From NCBI GenBank assembly GCA_049322475.1, contig JBMOQZ010000309.1, forward strand, positions 1,320 to 65,319: a DNA stretch of 64,000 bases, written 5' to 3'. The DNA is from Myxococcota bacterium. GTDB lineage: Bacteria > Myxococcota_A > UBA796 > SXON01. Below the pieces are notes generated by a model. That model had not been told where the DNA came from, did no database searches, and saw nothing but the letters and a program-made list of their open reading frames with translations. How positions within the stretch are numbered: the stretch's first letter is position 1; every line of letters begins with the position of its first letter. A program made the position numbers and the translations under genes. Positions 8,902 to 19,281 of this stretch are shown here, piece by piece.

Positions 8902-10125
8902 CTACTCGACGTCCTCGGGCCGCCAGTCTCGCGAAGCCTTCGAGGCCGTTGAGAAGACCGCTTTCGCCTCGTCCAACGACTTGTCGTCGATGAAGTAGGC
9001 AATTGCGGACATCCCGATTGCCCACGTGCCGGCACCCGCCAGCGCAGCGGACAAGACGGGGCCGCCGACGGGCAGGAGCTTGACCAACTGCTGGAAGGCC
9101 GCCCGCAGGCCGATGCCGGCTCCACCCGCGACCCCGAGGGAGGCCAACCAGTCCGCGATTGCGCGGGCGCCGATGCGGCGCCCCGAGAGGTAGCTGACCG
9201 CCGTGACCATCAGGAGCTGGAGGGGGGCGAGGATCGCCAAGTCCGAGATGGGGATTGGGGTCAGACCAACTCCGAACGCGACCGCAGCGCACGCCGCGAC
9301 GATCTGGCGGGCCACCTTGCGTCGGAGCTCCTTGGTGCTCTGAAAGGCACGGGCAGCTTCGACCGTCGCCTCCTCGGGCAGGCACGAGAACACCACGTCG
9401 CCGAGACGGTCGACGTTCCACCGCCCGTCGAACTCGATCGCCTTCTCGGGCTCGGTGAACTCCATGTAGGCCGACAACGGGAGGGTCGCCTTCACCTTGA
9501 TGCTGTGGCGCTCAAGGTGCTTGGCGAGCGTTTTGACCGCAGCCTCGATCAGTTCCTGCTTGGGCTTCCGATACGGCGGCTCCTTGTCGCGCGCAGGGTG
9601 CAGCTCGTCCACCTTCGTCACCAGCACGATCACCGGTGCGGAGCAACCCTCCGCGCGTAGAACGTTGAGGATGGAGTTGAACCCTCCGAGCGTCGCGTCG
9701 ATCTCGCTGTCCACTTCGGAAGCCTTCACGGCGAGGAGGATGACGTCGGGGAACGCACCCTTCACTTGCGCCTTCAGCTTGTCGAGGCGCTCGCCGACGA
9801 TTCCGCCGGCGCCGATACCAGAGGTGTCTAGCCAGTGGAGGTGCCGTCCGTTGACCTCGAGGGGGAGCCACTCCTCGTCCGCCGGCTGGTCGCCCACGTG
9901 ACCTACGGCGAGCTTCGGGTATCCGAGGAGGGCGTTGGCGATGCTCGACTTTCCGTGTCCTCGGCGGCCGACGACGACGAGCCGGGGCGCCCTGCGGTCA
10001 ACGAGGAGCGCCTTGAGCCGCTGGACGTCTTTTCGGAACTTTGCGGCCCCGGGGATCCTGTCGAGCAGGTCGAGCAGGTCGTCGAGCGCGCGCTTTGCTT
10101 CGTCCTCGTTGAACTCTTTCTCCAT
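8902..10125 (-). CDS. P-loop GTPase with C-terminal hydrophobic DUF697-like region
   Basis: G1 GRRGHGKSS, G3 DTSGIG, G4 TKVDE. The C-terminal ~120 aa are Gly/Ala-rich and hydrophobic (IVAACAAVAFGVGLTPIPISDLAILAPLQLLMV.., LGVAGGAGIGL..). Confidence 0.75.
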   Translation of the reverse strand: MEKEFNEDEAKRALDDLLDLLDRIPGAAKFRKDVQRLKALLVDRRAPRLVVVGRRGHGKSSIANALLGYPKLAVGHVGDQPADEEWLPLEVNGRHLHWLDTSGIGAGGIVGERLDKLKAQVKGAFPDVILLAVKASEVDSEIDATLGGFNSILNVLRAEGCSAPVIVLVTKVDELHPARDKEPPYRKPKQELIEAAVKTLAKHLERHSIKVKATLPLSAYMEFTEPEKAIEFDGRWNVDRLGDVVFSCLPEEATVEAARAFQSTKELRRKVARQIVAACAAVAFGVGLTPIPISDLAILAPLQLLMVTAVSYLSGRRIGARAIADWLASLGVAGGAGIGLRAAFQQLVKLLPVGGPVLSAALAGAGTWAIGMSAIAYFIDDKSLDEAKAVFSTASKASRDWRPEDVE

Positions 10126-10320
10126 GCCGTCGCTCCGCGCGTCGTCTTACCACACGCGCGCGCCGACGTGTGCTCGGCACGCGCAGGAGCGACGAGCCGC
10201 TACGACGCCTTGACACCGATCTCCCCCCACGTGCCCAGCGCCACCGCCTTCCGCATCCCCGGCTTCAGCTGCGGTAATACGCGCTCAAGCAAGGATGCCT
10301 GCCCTCGGGGCTAGTCCGGG

Positions 10321-11450
10321 TTAGTCCCGCTCGCGTCGAGGGCGCAGCAGTGCCTTAGCGACCTCACGTTCGTGGAACCACCGCGAAAACTCCCGCGCGA
10401 AGGTCGCCTTGCGCTCCTCGCTCATGGGATCGCGCCACGCAGGCACCCGCGGGAACGCGTAGAGCCCAGCATCGGCCAGGACGCGCAGCAGAACGAAGCG
10501 GAAGAGGATCGCCGCCTGGGCCTCCATGCGCCCTCGCCGCCCGTCACTGAGGTGGCGGCGGGCGTCGTCGAGGTCGGGCTCGCCGTGCAGGTACGCGCAG
10601 CGGGCGGCGTACAGCCGGCCATACAGCTGGACGGGGGGCGTCGCGAGCCCCGGGGGTAGCTTCCGCCCGCTCCCGACCACTGGGACCCGGCTGCGGCGGC
10701 GCAGGGCGCGATCCGGCCACTCCACGCGCTTGATCAGGGCCGTGACGTCCTTCCAACCGACGTCGCCCGACCCGCCCGGGTGCGCGAGCACCTCGAACGC
10801 GGTGACCCAGAGGGACGTCGTCATGCCTACGTCGAGGCTGCCTCCGAGGTGGTGGAAGGGCGCCCGGCAGGCGGCGTAGGCGGCGTGCAAGGAGCGGAGC
10901 ACCCGCGTGCGCAGCGCGGCGTCAACGCCCTTCGCGGCGAACAGCGCGAGCAAGGGCTCGGCGAGCACATCATCGAACTCGACCGAGTGGTGCTGCGGGT
11001 GGAGGACGAGCGGCGTCGGCTGGGCCTTGAACGCGGCCAAGCTGTGAAGGCCCTCCTCCATCGGAGTCCGCAGCGTGACGGACTTGCCGTCGCGCCCGGG
11101 ATGCACCGTGTAGAAGTCGAACGAGTCCGAGTATGGGAACCCGCGGGGGCGGTTGGCGATCAGACCCTGTCGCCGCGCCTCGATGATCGCGGGGAGGGCG
11201 GGCAGTCCCGGAACGCGACGAGGTCGCGCGCATCCGGGCGGCGGGCTTGGCGGGTCACGCACACCATCGCGGGCGTCAGTGGCACGCCGAACGGGGTCGA
11301 GAACCGAGCGAGATAGCGCCCGATCGCGGGTTCCGCGCTCACGACGTCGACGTAGGCGGGCGTGTCCGGCGCGAGCAGGTGGTAGCGCCCGGCGGCGCGG
11401 GATTCCCGCAGGACGATGCCGGGGAGGGCGGCGACGAAATCGAGGGGCAT
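10321..11450 (-). pseudogene. HEPN-like (Rx4H) protein directly downstream of hsdR, apparently split by a frameshift near nt 11200
   Basis: Two overlapping same-strand ORFs (11160..11450 and 10321..11262) both read as protein up to about 11200. The 5' ORF supplies MPLDFVAALPG..DLVAFRD and the 3' ORF continues LPALPAIIEARRQG... The downstream part contains LYGRLYAARCAYLHGEP (R-x4-H). Confidence 0.4.
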
Positions 11451-11520
11451 CGGACGGTGTAGTACCGCGGCGGCCGTGCGAACGCCTCTTCCGACTGCCG
11501 GCGCTCGCGGGGTGCGGCCT

Positions 11521-14500
11521 CTACGCCGCCCACCGCTCGAAGACGTGCTGGAATACCGCCTCTGCGGCGGCCTCGATCGCGTCGCCGTCGAACGCCTCCG
11601 GCAACCCCTGCGCCGCGTCCCACAGCCGGTCCCGGATGATCCCGCGCACGCGGTCCCGGGTGTCTTCCTTCTCCCGCCAGCGGTCGATCCGCGCGATCTC
11701 GGCCTTCACCGCGTCCAGCACCGACGCGGCGGCGAGCTTCACGCGCTCCCGGCTGCGGGCGTCCAGCTCGCCCTTGGTACGCACAATCAGGTCGAACACC
11801 GCGAGCTGGTCGGGCTCCAGGCCCTCGCGGACGTGCCGCTGGTCCTCGTCGGCGAGCCCGCCGACGAACTTGACCAGCTCCTCGAAGGTCTTCTCGATGG
11901 TCACCCGGTCGGTCTCGCGGTTGTAGGCCGCGAGGATCTCCTCGAAGCGCTTCGTCCACTCCCCGCGCGTCGGGTTCTCGTGGATCATCCGGTCGATCTG
12001 CTTCTGGACCGCGTCGGCGAGCGTGAGGAGCTGGGCCTGCTTTCGGGGCGACTTCGCGAACTCGCGCTTGAGCTTCTCGAAGTCGATCGTGCTGATGTCG
12101 TAGAGCTTGCCCGAGTCGGCGCCCGGGACGCGGCGGCGCTCCGCGTGCGCGATCGACGCCGACACGACCCCCTGGATCTCCCGCAGCACGGCCGAGATGT
12201 CCGCCGACTCGCGGTTCTCCTGGAGCTGCTTATAGATGGCGTCGATGGCGTCCGCCTCGTCGCGGACGGGTTCGATCAGCTCAGGGTGGTCGAGCAGGGC
12301 GCGGCGGCGCCGGAACACCTCGCGGGCGAGCACTTCGAACTGCGCGCGGGACCGCGCGTCGCGGCAGACGGCGTTGACGGCCGAGCCCTCCACGTCCCCG
12401 TCGAGCAGCCGAAGGCGCTCGAACCCCCGCGCCGCGATCAGCCGCGCGATCTCGAAGCCGCAGGCGGCGAGGTGCGCGACCTCCTCGGCGACGGCCTCCC
12501 GCAGCGCCCTCGCGGCGGCCTCCCAGTCCTCGGGCTTGGGGGGCTCGCCGCCCCCTCCGGCCGCGTACCGCGCGAGCGCCTCGCGCAGCGCCTTCAGGAG
12601 CACGTTGTAGTCGATGAGGTAGCCGGCGTCCTTGGAGTCGTCCCAAACGCGGTTGACGCGCGCGATGGCCTGCATCAGCGTGTGGCCCTTCATCGGCTTG
12701 TCGATGTAGAGGGTGGACAGCGACGGCACGTCGAAGCCCGTGAGCCACATCGCGCAGACGATGACGAGCCGGAACGGGTGCTCTGGGTCCTTGAACTCCT
12801 TCTCCAGATCCCGGCCCTTCATCTCCTTCCGGTGGGGCGCGATGTCGAGGCCCTCGCGCGCGAAGTCCTCGAGCTCGTTCTGGGCCTCGCTGACGACGAC
12901 GCGCCGCTCCGTCTCGTACATCCACTCGCGGAGGCGCTCCAGGCGCCGCAGCTCGGCAGGGTCGGTGGCCGCGCCGCAGCGCGCCTCCACCTTCGCCACC
13001 GCCGCGTCCCACTCGCGCTCGATGCGGTCGTACATCCGCACGCACGTGAGCTTGTCGATGCAGACCAGCATCGCCTTCTCGGGGGGGCGGCGCTCGTCTT
13101 CGCCCGCGAGCGCGGCCTCCCAGCGACGCACGACGTGGGCGACGAGGTCCGCGGCGATGGTGTCAAGGCGCTCGGGCGCGGTGAGGACCGGGTAGTCGCG
13201 ACCCAGCTCCCGGTCGAGCTTCGCCCGCTGGTTGCTGTCGAGGTCGTGGCGCTCGATGACGTCGAGGATCGCGTCGTCGAGGTCCGGCGTCACGAGCTTG
13301 AGCTTTTCTCCCCGGTTGTCGTACTGGAGCGGCACCGTCGCGGCGTCGACCACGGCCTGCTGGAAGTTGTAGGTGGAGACGTGTGGGCCGAAGATTCGGG
13401 CGGTGAGCTGGTCGGCGTCGCTCGTCATGAGCGGCGTGCCGGTGAACCCGATGAAGGACGCGCGCGGGAGCACCCGGCGCATCGTCTCGGCGAAACGCCC
13501 GTACTGCGTGCGGTGGGCCTCGTCGGACATCACGATCACGTCGCCGCTCTCGTTCCACGGGAGCGTGCCGGCGTCCTGGAACTTCTGGATGAGCGTGAAG
13601 ACGTACCGCCGGTTGCCGGTGGTCAGGCGCTCGCGGAGGCCGGCGATGCTCGGGGCGTGCGCCTCCTTCGGGTCGATCACGCCCACGCCCGCGAAGGTCT
13701 CGACGATCTGGTTGTCGAGCTCCTGGCGGTCCGTGACCACGAGGAACGTGAACCCGCCGATCCGCCGGTGGACCTTTTCGGCGAAGAACACCATCGAGTA
13801 CGACTTCCCGCTCCCCTGCGTGTGCCAGAACGTGCCGAGCCGCCCCTCCAGCGCGACGCGCCGGCGCACGTTCTCGACCGCCGCGTTGACCCCGAGCACC
13901 TGGTGGTTGCGGCCTACCACCTTGCGGACCCGGCCCTTTTTCTCGTCAAAGACGGTGAAGTTCTCGAACAGGTCGAGCAGGCCCTTGCGCGAGCAGACGC
14001 CGTCGAGGAACGTCGGCACGTCCTCGCGCGGCTCGTCGGCCTCGCGCGCCCGCTTCCAGGTCGCGAAGGCCTTGTAGTCGGAGGTGAGCGACCCGTAGAC
14101 GGCGCGCTTGCCGTTCGTCAGCACGACGACGGCGTTGTGCTGGAAGAGCTGGGGGATTGTGCCGGGGACGATGCCGTCGAGCGGGCCGCGGTAGTCGAGG
14201 TAGTTGTTGTCGTACGCGAGGCGGAGGTCGCGGTGGGGGCCCTTGCACTCGACGAACAAGAGCGGGAGCCCGTTGACGAAGCCCACCATGTCGGCCCGGC
14301 GCGCCGAGACGGGCCCCTGCACGCAGAGCTCGCGGACGAGGAGGAAGTCGTTGGCGCCGGGGGTGTCGTCGAAGTCGAGCACGCGCAGGCGCATCGGCTT
14401 GTAGCCGGCCGGCGTGCGCGCCTCGACGGGCACGCCGTCGCGGACGAGCTTCCAGAGGTCGCGGTTGACCTGGACGAGCGAGCGGCCGGTCGACGGAGCG

Positions 14501-14736
14501 GTGAGCTGGGCGACGGCGGCCGCGACGGCGTCTTCCGGCGCCCCGGGGTTCAGCCGGCGCAGCGCGGCCTTCAGCGCCGGGATTAGGACAACCTCGGCGT
14601 CCTCGGATCGGCCAAGGAGCGAGCGGTCGCGCCGCTCGGCGTCCCATGCGTAGACGACGCGCCACCCCAGGGAGTCCCGGAAGTAGTCGGCGACCGTCGC
14701 CTGGACCAGCTCGTCTTCGTTGTACCCGCGTGGCAT
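11521..14736 (-). CDS. hsdR: Type I restriction enzyme, R subunit
   Basis: 1071 aa with SF2 helicase motifs (HTQGSGKS Walker A, MSDEAHRTQYG DEAH box). It lies downstream of hsdM/hsdS on the same strand. Confidence 0.92.
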   Translation of the reverse strand: MPRGYNEDELVQATVADYFRDSLGWRVVYAWDAERRDRSLLGRSEDAEVVLIPALKAALRRLNPGAPEDAVAAAVAQLTAPSTGRSLVQVNRDLWKLVRDGVPVEARTPAGYKPMRLRVLDFDDTPGANDFLLVRELCVQGPVSARRADMVGFVNGLPLLFVECKGPHRDLRLAYDNNYLDYRGPLDGIVPGTIPQLFQHNAVVVLTNGKRAVYGSLTSDYKAFATWKRAREADEPREDVPTFLDGVCSRKGLLDLFENFTVFDEKKGRVRKVVGRNHQVLGVNAAVENVRRRVALEGRLGTFWHTQGSGKSYSMVFFAEKVHRRIGGFTFLVVTDRQELDNQIVETFAGVGVIDPKEAHAPSIAGLRERLTTGNRRYVFTLIQKFQDAGTLPWNESGDVIVMSDEAHRTQYGRFAETMRRVLPRASFIGFTGTPLMTSDADQLTARIFGPHVSTYNFQQAVVDAATVPLQYDNRGEKLKLVTPDLDDAILDVIERHDLDSNQRAKLDRELGRDYPVLTAPERLDTIAADLVAHVVRRWEAALAGEDERRPPEKAMLVCIDKLTCVRMYDRIEREWDAAVAKVEARCGAATDPAELRRLERLREWMYETERRVVVSEAQNELEDFAREGLDIAPHRKEMKGRDLEKEFKDPEHPFRLVIVCAMWLTGFDVPSLSTLYIDKPMKGHTLMQAIARVNRVWDDSKDAGYLIDYNVLLKALREALARYAAGGGGEPPKPEDWEAAARALREAVAEEVAHLAACGFEIARLIAARGFERLRLLDGDVEGSAVNAVCRDARSRAQFEVLAREVFRRRRALLDHPELIEPVRDEADAIDAIYKQLQENRESADISAVLREIQGVVSASIAHAERRRVPGADSGKLYDISTIDFEKLKREFAKSPRKQAQLLTLADAVQKQIDRMIHENPTRGEWTKRFEEILAAYNRETDRVTIEKTFEELVKFVGGLADEDQRHVREGLEPDQLAVFDLIVRTKGELDARSRERVKLAAASVLDAVKAEIARIDRWREKEDTRDRVRGIIRDRLWDAAQGLPEAFDGDAIEAAAEAVFQHVFERWAA

Positions 14737-14781
14737 CGCGACGGAAGTATGGCGCGTCTGCGGGCGGCTGTCTGCCTGGGG

Positions 14782-16020
14782 CTACCCGACGGCTTCGACC
14801 ACGGCGACGTCGGGCGGGGTTAGCGTGCCGTCCATGAGCCGGGGGAGGAGGAAGTCGCGGGCGCGTGCGGCGGCGCGGGACTGCGCGCGAAGGAGGTTCA
14901 TCTGGTCGATCCGGGGGGTGACGAACTCCTCGAACGCGCTCGCGGTCGCGGCGTCGGGCAGCAGGACCGGCCAGTCGAGCAACATGCGCGGATTCGCGCG
15001 CGGCATCCGCGCTCCCTCGCCCGAGGTCTTGGAGGCATGCGCGACGAAGGCGTCGGAGCTCGCTACCGCGGCGGCGAGGCCGCTCCAGCCCTCTCGCGGC
15101 ACGAAGACGATGATGTCGGACGAGCAGACCCCATCCATCGGGGCAACCACGACCTTGTGGAAGTAGGGACGGATCTTGCCGAACAGGATCTCCCCCCGCC
15201 GGAACCAGAGCTTGCCGCTGGTCACCTCCGCGGCGGTCCCCCAGTCCGCAAGCGCCAAGGAGCGCCGGGGCACGTGCTCCAGCCCCACGTACGGCGTCTC
15301 AGCAGCAATCTTCTCGATAGGCGCCGCGCGGCGCACCTCGTCGACGAGCTGACGAAAGGCGGCGCGACTCCACCCTTCCGGGACGCCGTCCTTAACGGCG
15401 ACCCGCTGGTGCCCAGGGAACCGCAGGCGCTCGAACCACTCCCGGTAGAGCACCCGGACGGACTCCTCCAAAAGCCGGATGCGACGCTCGTTCACGTCGA
15501 TGAGGTCGTCATAGGCAGCGAGCGTCGCGGCGATACGCCGCTGCGATCCCAGGGGTGGACAGGCAATCTGGATGTTCTCCAGCTCCGATCCTCGGATTCC
15601 CTTTTGTGCCACACCATTGACGATCGCAGCAATAGCCGCCCGACCGGGTCCGGCACGGAAGTAGTACAGATAAAAGGCGGGGTCGCAACGGGTAGGGTCC
15701 AAGCGGACGCGGATGATCGACGACTCGAATACCGTCGGCTCTGGCAGCTCCGTCACGAGCACGCAGCGGCCGGCACCGGCCTCGACAAGGGAGCGGCGAG
15801 CGAAGAGGAGGTCTCCGTGCTTCAGCCCGAACCGCTCGAACTCGCCGTCCGTGACTTCGACGCGCGCCATTTCCTGGGGACCTATGCGGTCGTACCCGAA
15901 TATCTCCCCCATGTTTACGATCCGCGCGCCGCGTCCCTGCCACTCGGCGCCCTTGTAGAGGCCGTTTCTCGACGGGATCTGGTACAGGTCGCCGAAGCGC
16001 ACCGTGGGATGCGGCGTCAT
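14782..16020 (-). CDS. hsdS: Type I R-M specificity subunit
   Basis: ATG at 16020 overlaps the hsdM stop (ATGA). It has the two-TRD layout with conserved spacer helices (RIRLLEESVRVLYREWFERLRFPGH; ARDFLLPRLMDG). Confidence 0.85.
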   Translation of the reverse strand: MTPHPTVRFGDLYQIPSRNGLYKGAEWQGRGARIVNMGEIFGYDRIGPQEMARVEVTDGEFERFGLKHGDLLFARRSLVEAGAGRCVLVTELPEPTVFESSIIRVRLDPTRCDPAFYLYYFRAGPGRAAIAAIVNGVAQKGIRGSELENIQIACPPLGSQRRIAATLAAYDDLIDVNERRIRLLEESVRVLYREWFERLRFPGHQRVAVKDGVPEGWSRAAFRQLVDEVRRAAPIEKIAAETPYVGLEHVPRRSLALADWGTAAEVTSGKLWFRRGEILFGKIRPYFHKVVVAPMDGVCSSDIIVFVPREGWSGLAAAVASSDAFVAHASKTSGEGARMPRANPRMLLDWPVLLPDAATASAFEEFVTPRIDQMNLLRAQSRAAARARDFLLPRLMDGTLTPPDVAVVEAVG

Positions 16021-18104
16021 CCCGCGATCCCCTCCCACGCCGCCGCGATCCGCTCCGCCAACCCGACGGCCTCGGCGTCCAGCGCCGCGATGTCGGCGTG
16101 GATCGCGGCCAGCCGCTCCATCGCGTCCTCCTCGTCCTCGACGGCGGCCGGCGCGTTCCCCACGTAGCGGCCGGGCGTGAAGCTCCCTTCCTCCGCCGCG
16201 ATGCGCGCGCGGGTGACGGACGCGCACAGTCCGGGGACGTCGCAATAGCGGCCCTCGGGGAACCGCTCCTGCGTCAGCCGGAGCTCGTGGAGCGACGCGA
16301 GCGCCACCTTCCCGGCATGGCTCGCGGCCTCCCGTGCCGCCTCCACGGCGTCGCGCACGCGGGTCGTACCGCGACTGCCGGGCAGCCCCGCGTCCGCCAC
16401 GATGCGACGCCGCGCTTCGAGGGCCACCCCGACGGCCTTCGCCGCGTCGGAGCCCGCGCGCACGGCCTCGCGCGTGGCGGCCGTCAGCCGCCCCAGCCCC
16501 TCGCCGCTGACGGACGGGAGGTGTCGGTCGCTCGCCGGGATGCCATCAGCGCCGGCGAGCGCCGCGTCCAGCGCGGCCACCGCCGCGGAAAGGGCCTCGC
16601 TCGCCCTCGCCACGTCCCCCCGCGCGCGGGCGAGGGCCAGCGCCTGCTCGCGATCGATCCGGTCGTCCGGGACGCCCGTGGCCTCGGCCGCCCAGCCCTC
16701 GCCATCGCGCACCCGGTCCCGGAGCGTGCCGAGCGCCACGCGCGCGTCCCGGGCCTCGACGAGCGCGCGGTCGAGCCAACCCGACAGGCACGTGGCGTAG
16801 CGCGCCTCCTCGCCCCGATGGAGCCAGGAGATCGCGAGCAGCCCCGTGAGCTGGTCGTCGCTCCAGTCGCGCACGCGACGGTTGACGACGCGGAAGATGG
16901 CGCGCGCGTCGATCATGAGCACGCGGTCCCGGCGAGGCTCCGGCTTGCTCCGGTCGAAGAACCAAAGCGTGCTCGGGAGCGTGCGCGTGTAGAAGAAGTT
17001 CGGGCCCACGGCGACGATCGCGTCCACGTCGCCGGTGGCGAGGAGACCCGCGCGGATCTGGCGCTCCCTCTCGCCCCCGGCGTCCGTCGCCGAGCTGGCC
17101 ATGACGAAGCCGGCCCGGCCGATTGGGGAGAGGTAGGCGTAGAAGTACTGGATCCACAGGTAGTTGCCGTTCGACACGGTACGGCCGTCGCTCGCCGCCG
17201 ACGGCACGCCGAACAGCAGGCGGCGGTCGTCCTTCACCTTCGCGAGCGGCACGCCGTCCACGTTGAACGGCGGGTTCGCCATGACGAAGTCGCACCGGCC
17301 GACGTCCGGGTCCTCGTTCGGGTAGAAGCTGTTGTCCTCCATCACCGGCTTGTGGGAGAGCCCGTGGACCGCGAGGTTCATGCGGGCGAGCTTCGCGTTG
17401 AGCTCGGATTTCTCGCGCCCGGCGAACGTCACAGTGGCGGGGTCGATGCCCTCCGCCTCCATGAAGTGCCCGGTGTGAACGAACATGCCGCCGGACCCGC
17501 AGGCCGGGTCGAACACGAGACCCGCGCGCGGCTCCAGCATGCCTACGATGAGACGCACCAGCGACGGCGGCGTGAAGAACTCGCCCCCCTCCTGCGCTCC
17601 CGTGAGCGCGAACTTCTGGAGGAAGTATTCGTAGATGCGGCCGAAGGCGTCGTCGCCGACGTGCGAGAGGGCGTCGTCGTTGAACGCCCGGAGGAGCCCC
17701 CGCAGGAGGTCGGGCGGGAACCGCGCGTAGTCGCGGGGCAGCACCTCGCGCAGCGTCTCCGGCGCCTCCGCCTCCAGCGCGATCATCGCTTTGTCCAGCC
17801 GCGCGCCGATGTCCACGCCCTCGGGGAGCCCGGCCAGCGTGTCGAAGCGGTTGTCCTCGGCGATCCAGAGGGCTCGCTTCTTCGCCTGCTTCACGTCGTT
17901 CTTCGTGACGATGCGGTCGGGGCGCGCGTTCGGCATCCCCGCGCGCACCTGGTCGCGGACGAGGTCGAGGCGCCGCGTGGCGTAGCGCAGGAACAGGATC
18001 CCGAGCACCGGGAACATGTACTGGCTGGCGTTGAGCTTGCTGTTGGCGCGGAGCTGGTCGGCCGCGTGCCAGAGACGGTCTTCAAGTAGCTTGAGGTCGT
18101 TCAT
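16017..18104 (-). CDS. hsdM: Type I R-M N6-adenine DNA methyltransferase subunit
   Basis: ATG at 18104 (MNDLKLLEDRLWHAADQLR = HsdM N-terminal domain). Motif I is FDPACGSGGMF and motif IV is MANPPFN. Confidence 0.92.
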   Translation of the reverse strand: MNDLKLLEDRLWHAADQLRANSKLNASQYMFPVLGILFLRYATRRLDLVRDQVRAGMPNARPDRIVTKNDVKQAKKRALWIAEDNRFDTLAGLPEGVDIGARLDKAMIALEAEAPETLREVLPRDYARFPPDLLRGLLRAFNDDALSHVGDDAFGRIYEYFLQKFALTGAQEGGEFFTPPSLVRLIVGMLEPRAGLVFDPACGSGGMFVHTGHFMEAEGIDPATVTFAGREKSELNAKLARMNLAVHGLSHKPVMEDNSFYPNEDPDVGRCDFVMANPPFNVDGVPLAKVKDDRRLLFGVPSAASDGRTVSNGNYLWIQYFYAYLSPIGRAGFVMASSATDAGGERERQIRAGLLATGDVDAIVAVGPNFFYTRTLPSTLWFFDRSKPEPRRDRVLMIDARAIFRVVNRRVRDWSDDQLTGLLAISWLHRGEEARYATCLSGWLDRALVEARDARVALGTLRDRVRDGEGWAAEATGVPDDRIDREQALALARARGDVARASEALSAAVAALDAALAGADGIPASDRHLPSVSGEGLGRLTAATREAVRAGSDAAKAVGVALEARRRIVADAGLPGSRGTTRVRDAVEAAREAASHAGKVALASLHELRLTQERFPEGRYCDVPGLCASVTRARIAAEEGSFTPGRYVGNAPAAVEDEEDAMERLAAIHADIAALDAEAVGLAERIAAAWEGIAG

Positions 18105-18168
18105 GGGGGCGGCATCGTAGCGCGCTCGTGCGCCGCGAGCCGCCGCCTGCACGCGCCCCTCCCCGGGA

Positions 18169-18246
18169 CGACCGTGGCCGCGCCGTCTTCGGCGCGGGCG
18201 CCGCCGGACGACCGCCCCCCGCGCCGACGCCGTCTGGCGCCCCCTC
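18169..18246. repeat. 78-bp repeat, copy A (contains a GC hairpin GCCGCGCC-gtcttc-GGCGCGG)
   Basis: Near-identical to 20992..21068 (2 substitutions plus a 1-nt C-run indel, by manual alignment) and in the same orientation. Lies 65-142 nt upstream of the hsdM start. Confidence 0.85.
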
Positions 18247-18543
18247 CCTGGTGGGCGCGCCACGTCGCCGGGTTGCCGATTCGGCCCATGCTCGCTCTGC
18301 AAGGACCGCATCGTCCATCTCCGGGAGAAGTCCCCCGGCACTCCGTTCTTCGAGTCATGGACAGTCGGGAGCAGAACGGGTACGGTCCGTCTCGGCGTTA
18401 GTCGCGCCTGGCTTGAAGCATTCCCCGCCCGGGGTGCCCACGAGGGCCGAAGGTTCCCAGAACCGGCTAATCGGACAACTTCTGTGCACGGGTCTTCGGA
18501 CGGGGCGGCGCTTCGGAACGCTCGTGCCTGGAGTTTGGACTCG

Positions 18544-19236
18544 ATGCCTACCGACAAGAAGCTCAAGGACGCCATCCGCGCCCGGATGGCCGCCACCGGC
18601 GATGGCTACATGAAGGCCCGCCTGCACGTGCTCGCCCACTGGAACTCCGCCGCGCCGGCCGTGCCCCCGGCCCCCGAGCCGAAGCCGCCGGCGGCCAACC
18701 GCTGGGGGTACACGGCCGACATGGACGTCGACACCGCCCTCTTCGCGCTGCACTCCGATCCTGACCACGACAACCTCCTGTGGTTGCGCGAGGCCGGCAT
18801 CGAGTACGACGAGGAGCACGGGGGGGAACCCGTGACGCCCGCGGTTGCCGCGTGGTGGGGGCAGCGGACGGCGCGGTCGAAGGGCTTCAAGTGGTTCCCG
18901 GGGATGCGGGCGCTCGACGGCTACGGGGAGTCCTACCGGGTCGTCGACGTGGACGACGGGGAGCCCGTCGTCGTGACCGACGCGAGCGACGCGCGCCGGT
19001 ACCTGCCCACGTACGCGTGGCTCGACCTTCGCGACGGAGAGACCCGCCGGCTCGCGTCGGCCTCGGTGGCGGACGTTCCCGACCCCGGGCCGGTCGATCC
19101 CTGGGTGTGCAAGGCGGCGAAGGGGTGGGACCAGCCGAAGCCCCTCGCGCCGATGCTCGTCGACGCGCGCAGGCCGGGCGGTGCGCTCCCGAGGCGTCGC
19201 GTTCCACGGCTCGGCGGCAGGAAGGCGTCCGGCTGA
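18544..19236 (+). CDS. Hypothetical protein (230 aa)
   Basis: ATG at 18544 in ORF 18484..19236. The sequence is protein-like (MPTDKKLKDAIRARMAATGDGYMKARLHVLAHW..) with no motif recognised. Confidence 0.5.
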   Translation: MPTDKKLKDAIRARMAATGDGYMKARLHVLAHWNSAAPAVPPAPEPKPPAANRWGYTADMDVDTALFALHSDPDHDNLLWLREAGIEYDEEHGGEPVTPAVAAWWGQRTARSKGFKWFPGMRALDGYGESYRVVDVDDGEPVVVTDASDARRYLPTYAWLDLRDGETRRLASASVADVPDPGPVDPWVCKAAKGWDQPKPLAPMLVDARRPGGALPRRRVPRLGGRKASG

Positions 19237-19281
19237 CGACGGGGCCCCTGCGGGATAGTGGGCGGCGATCTACGGGTGTTC

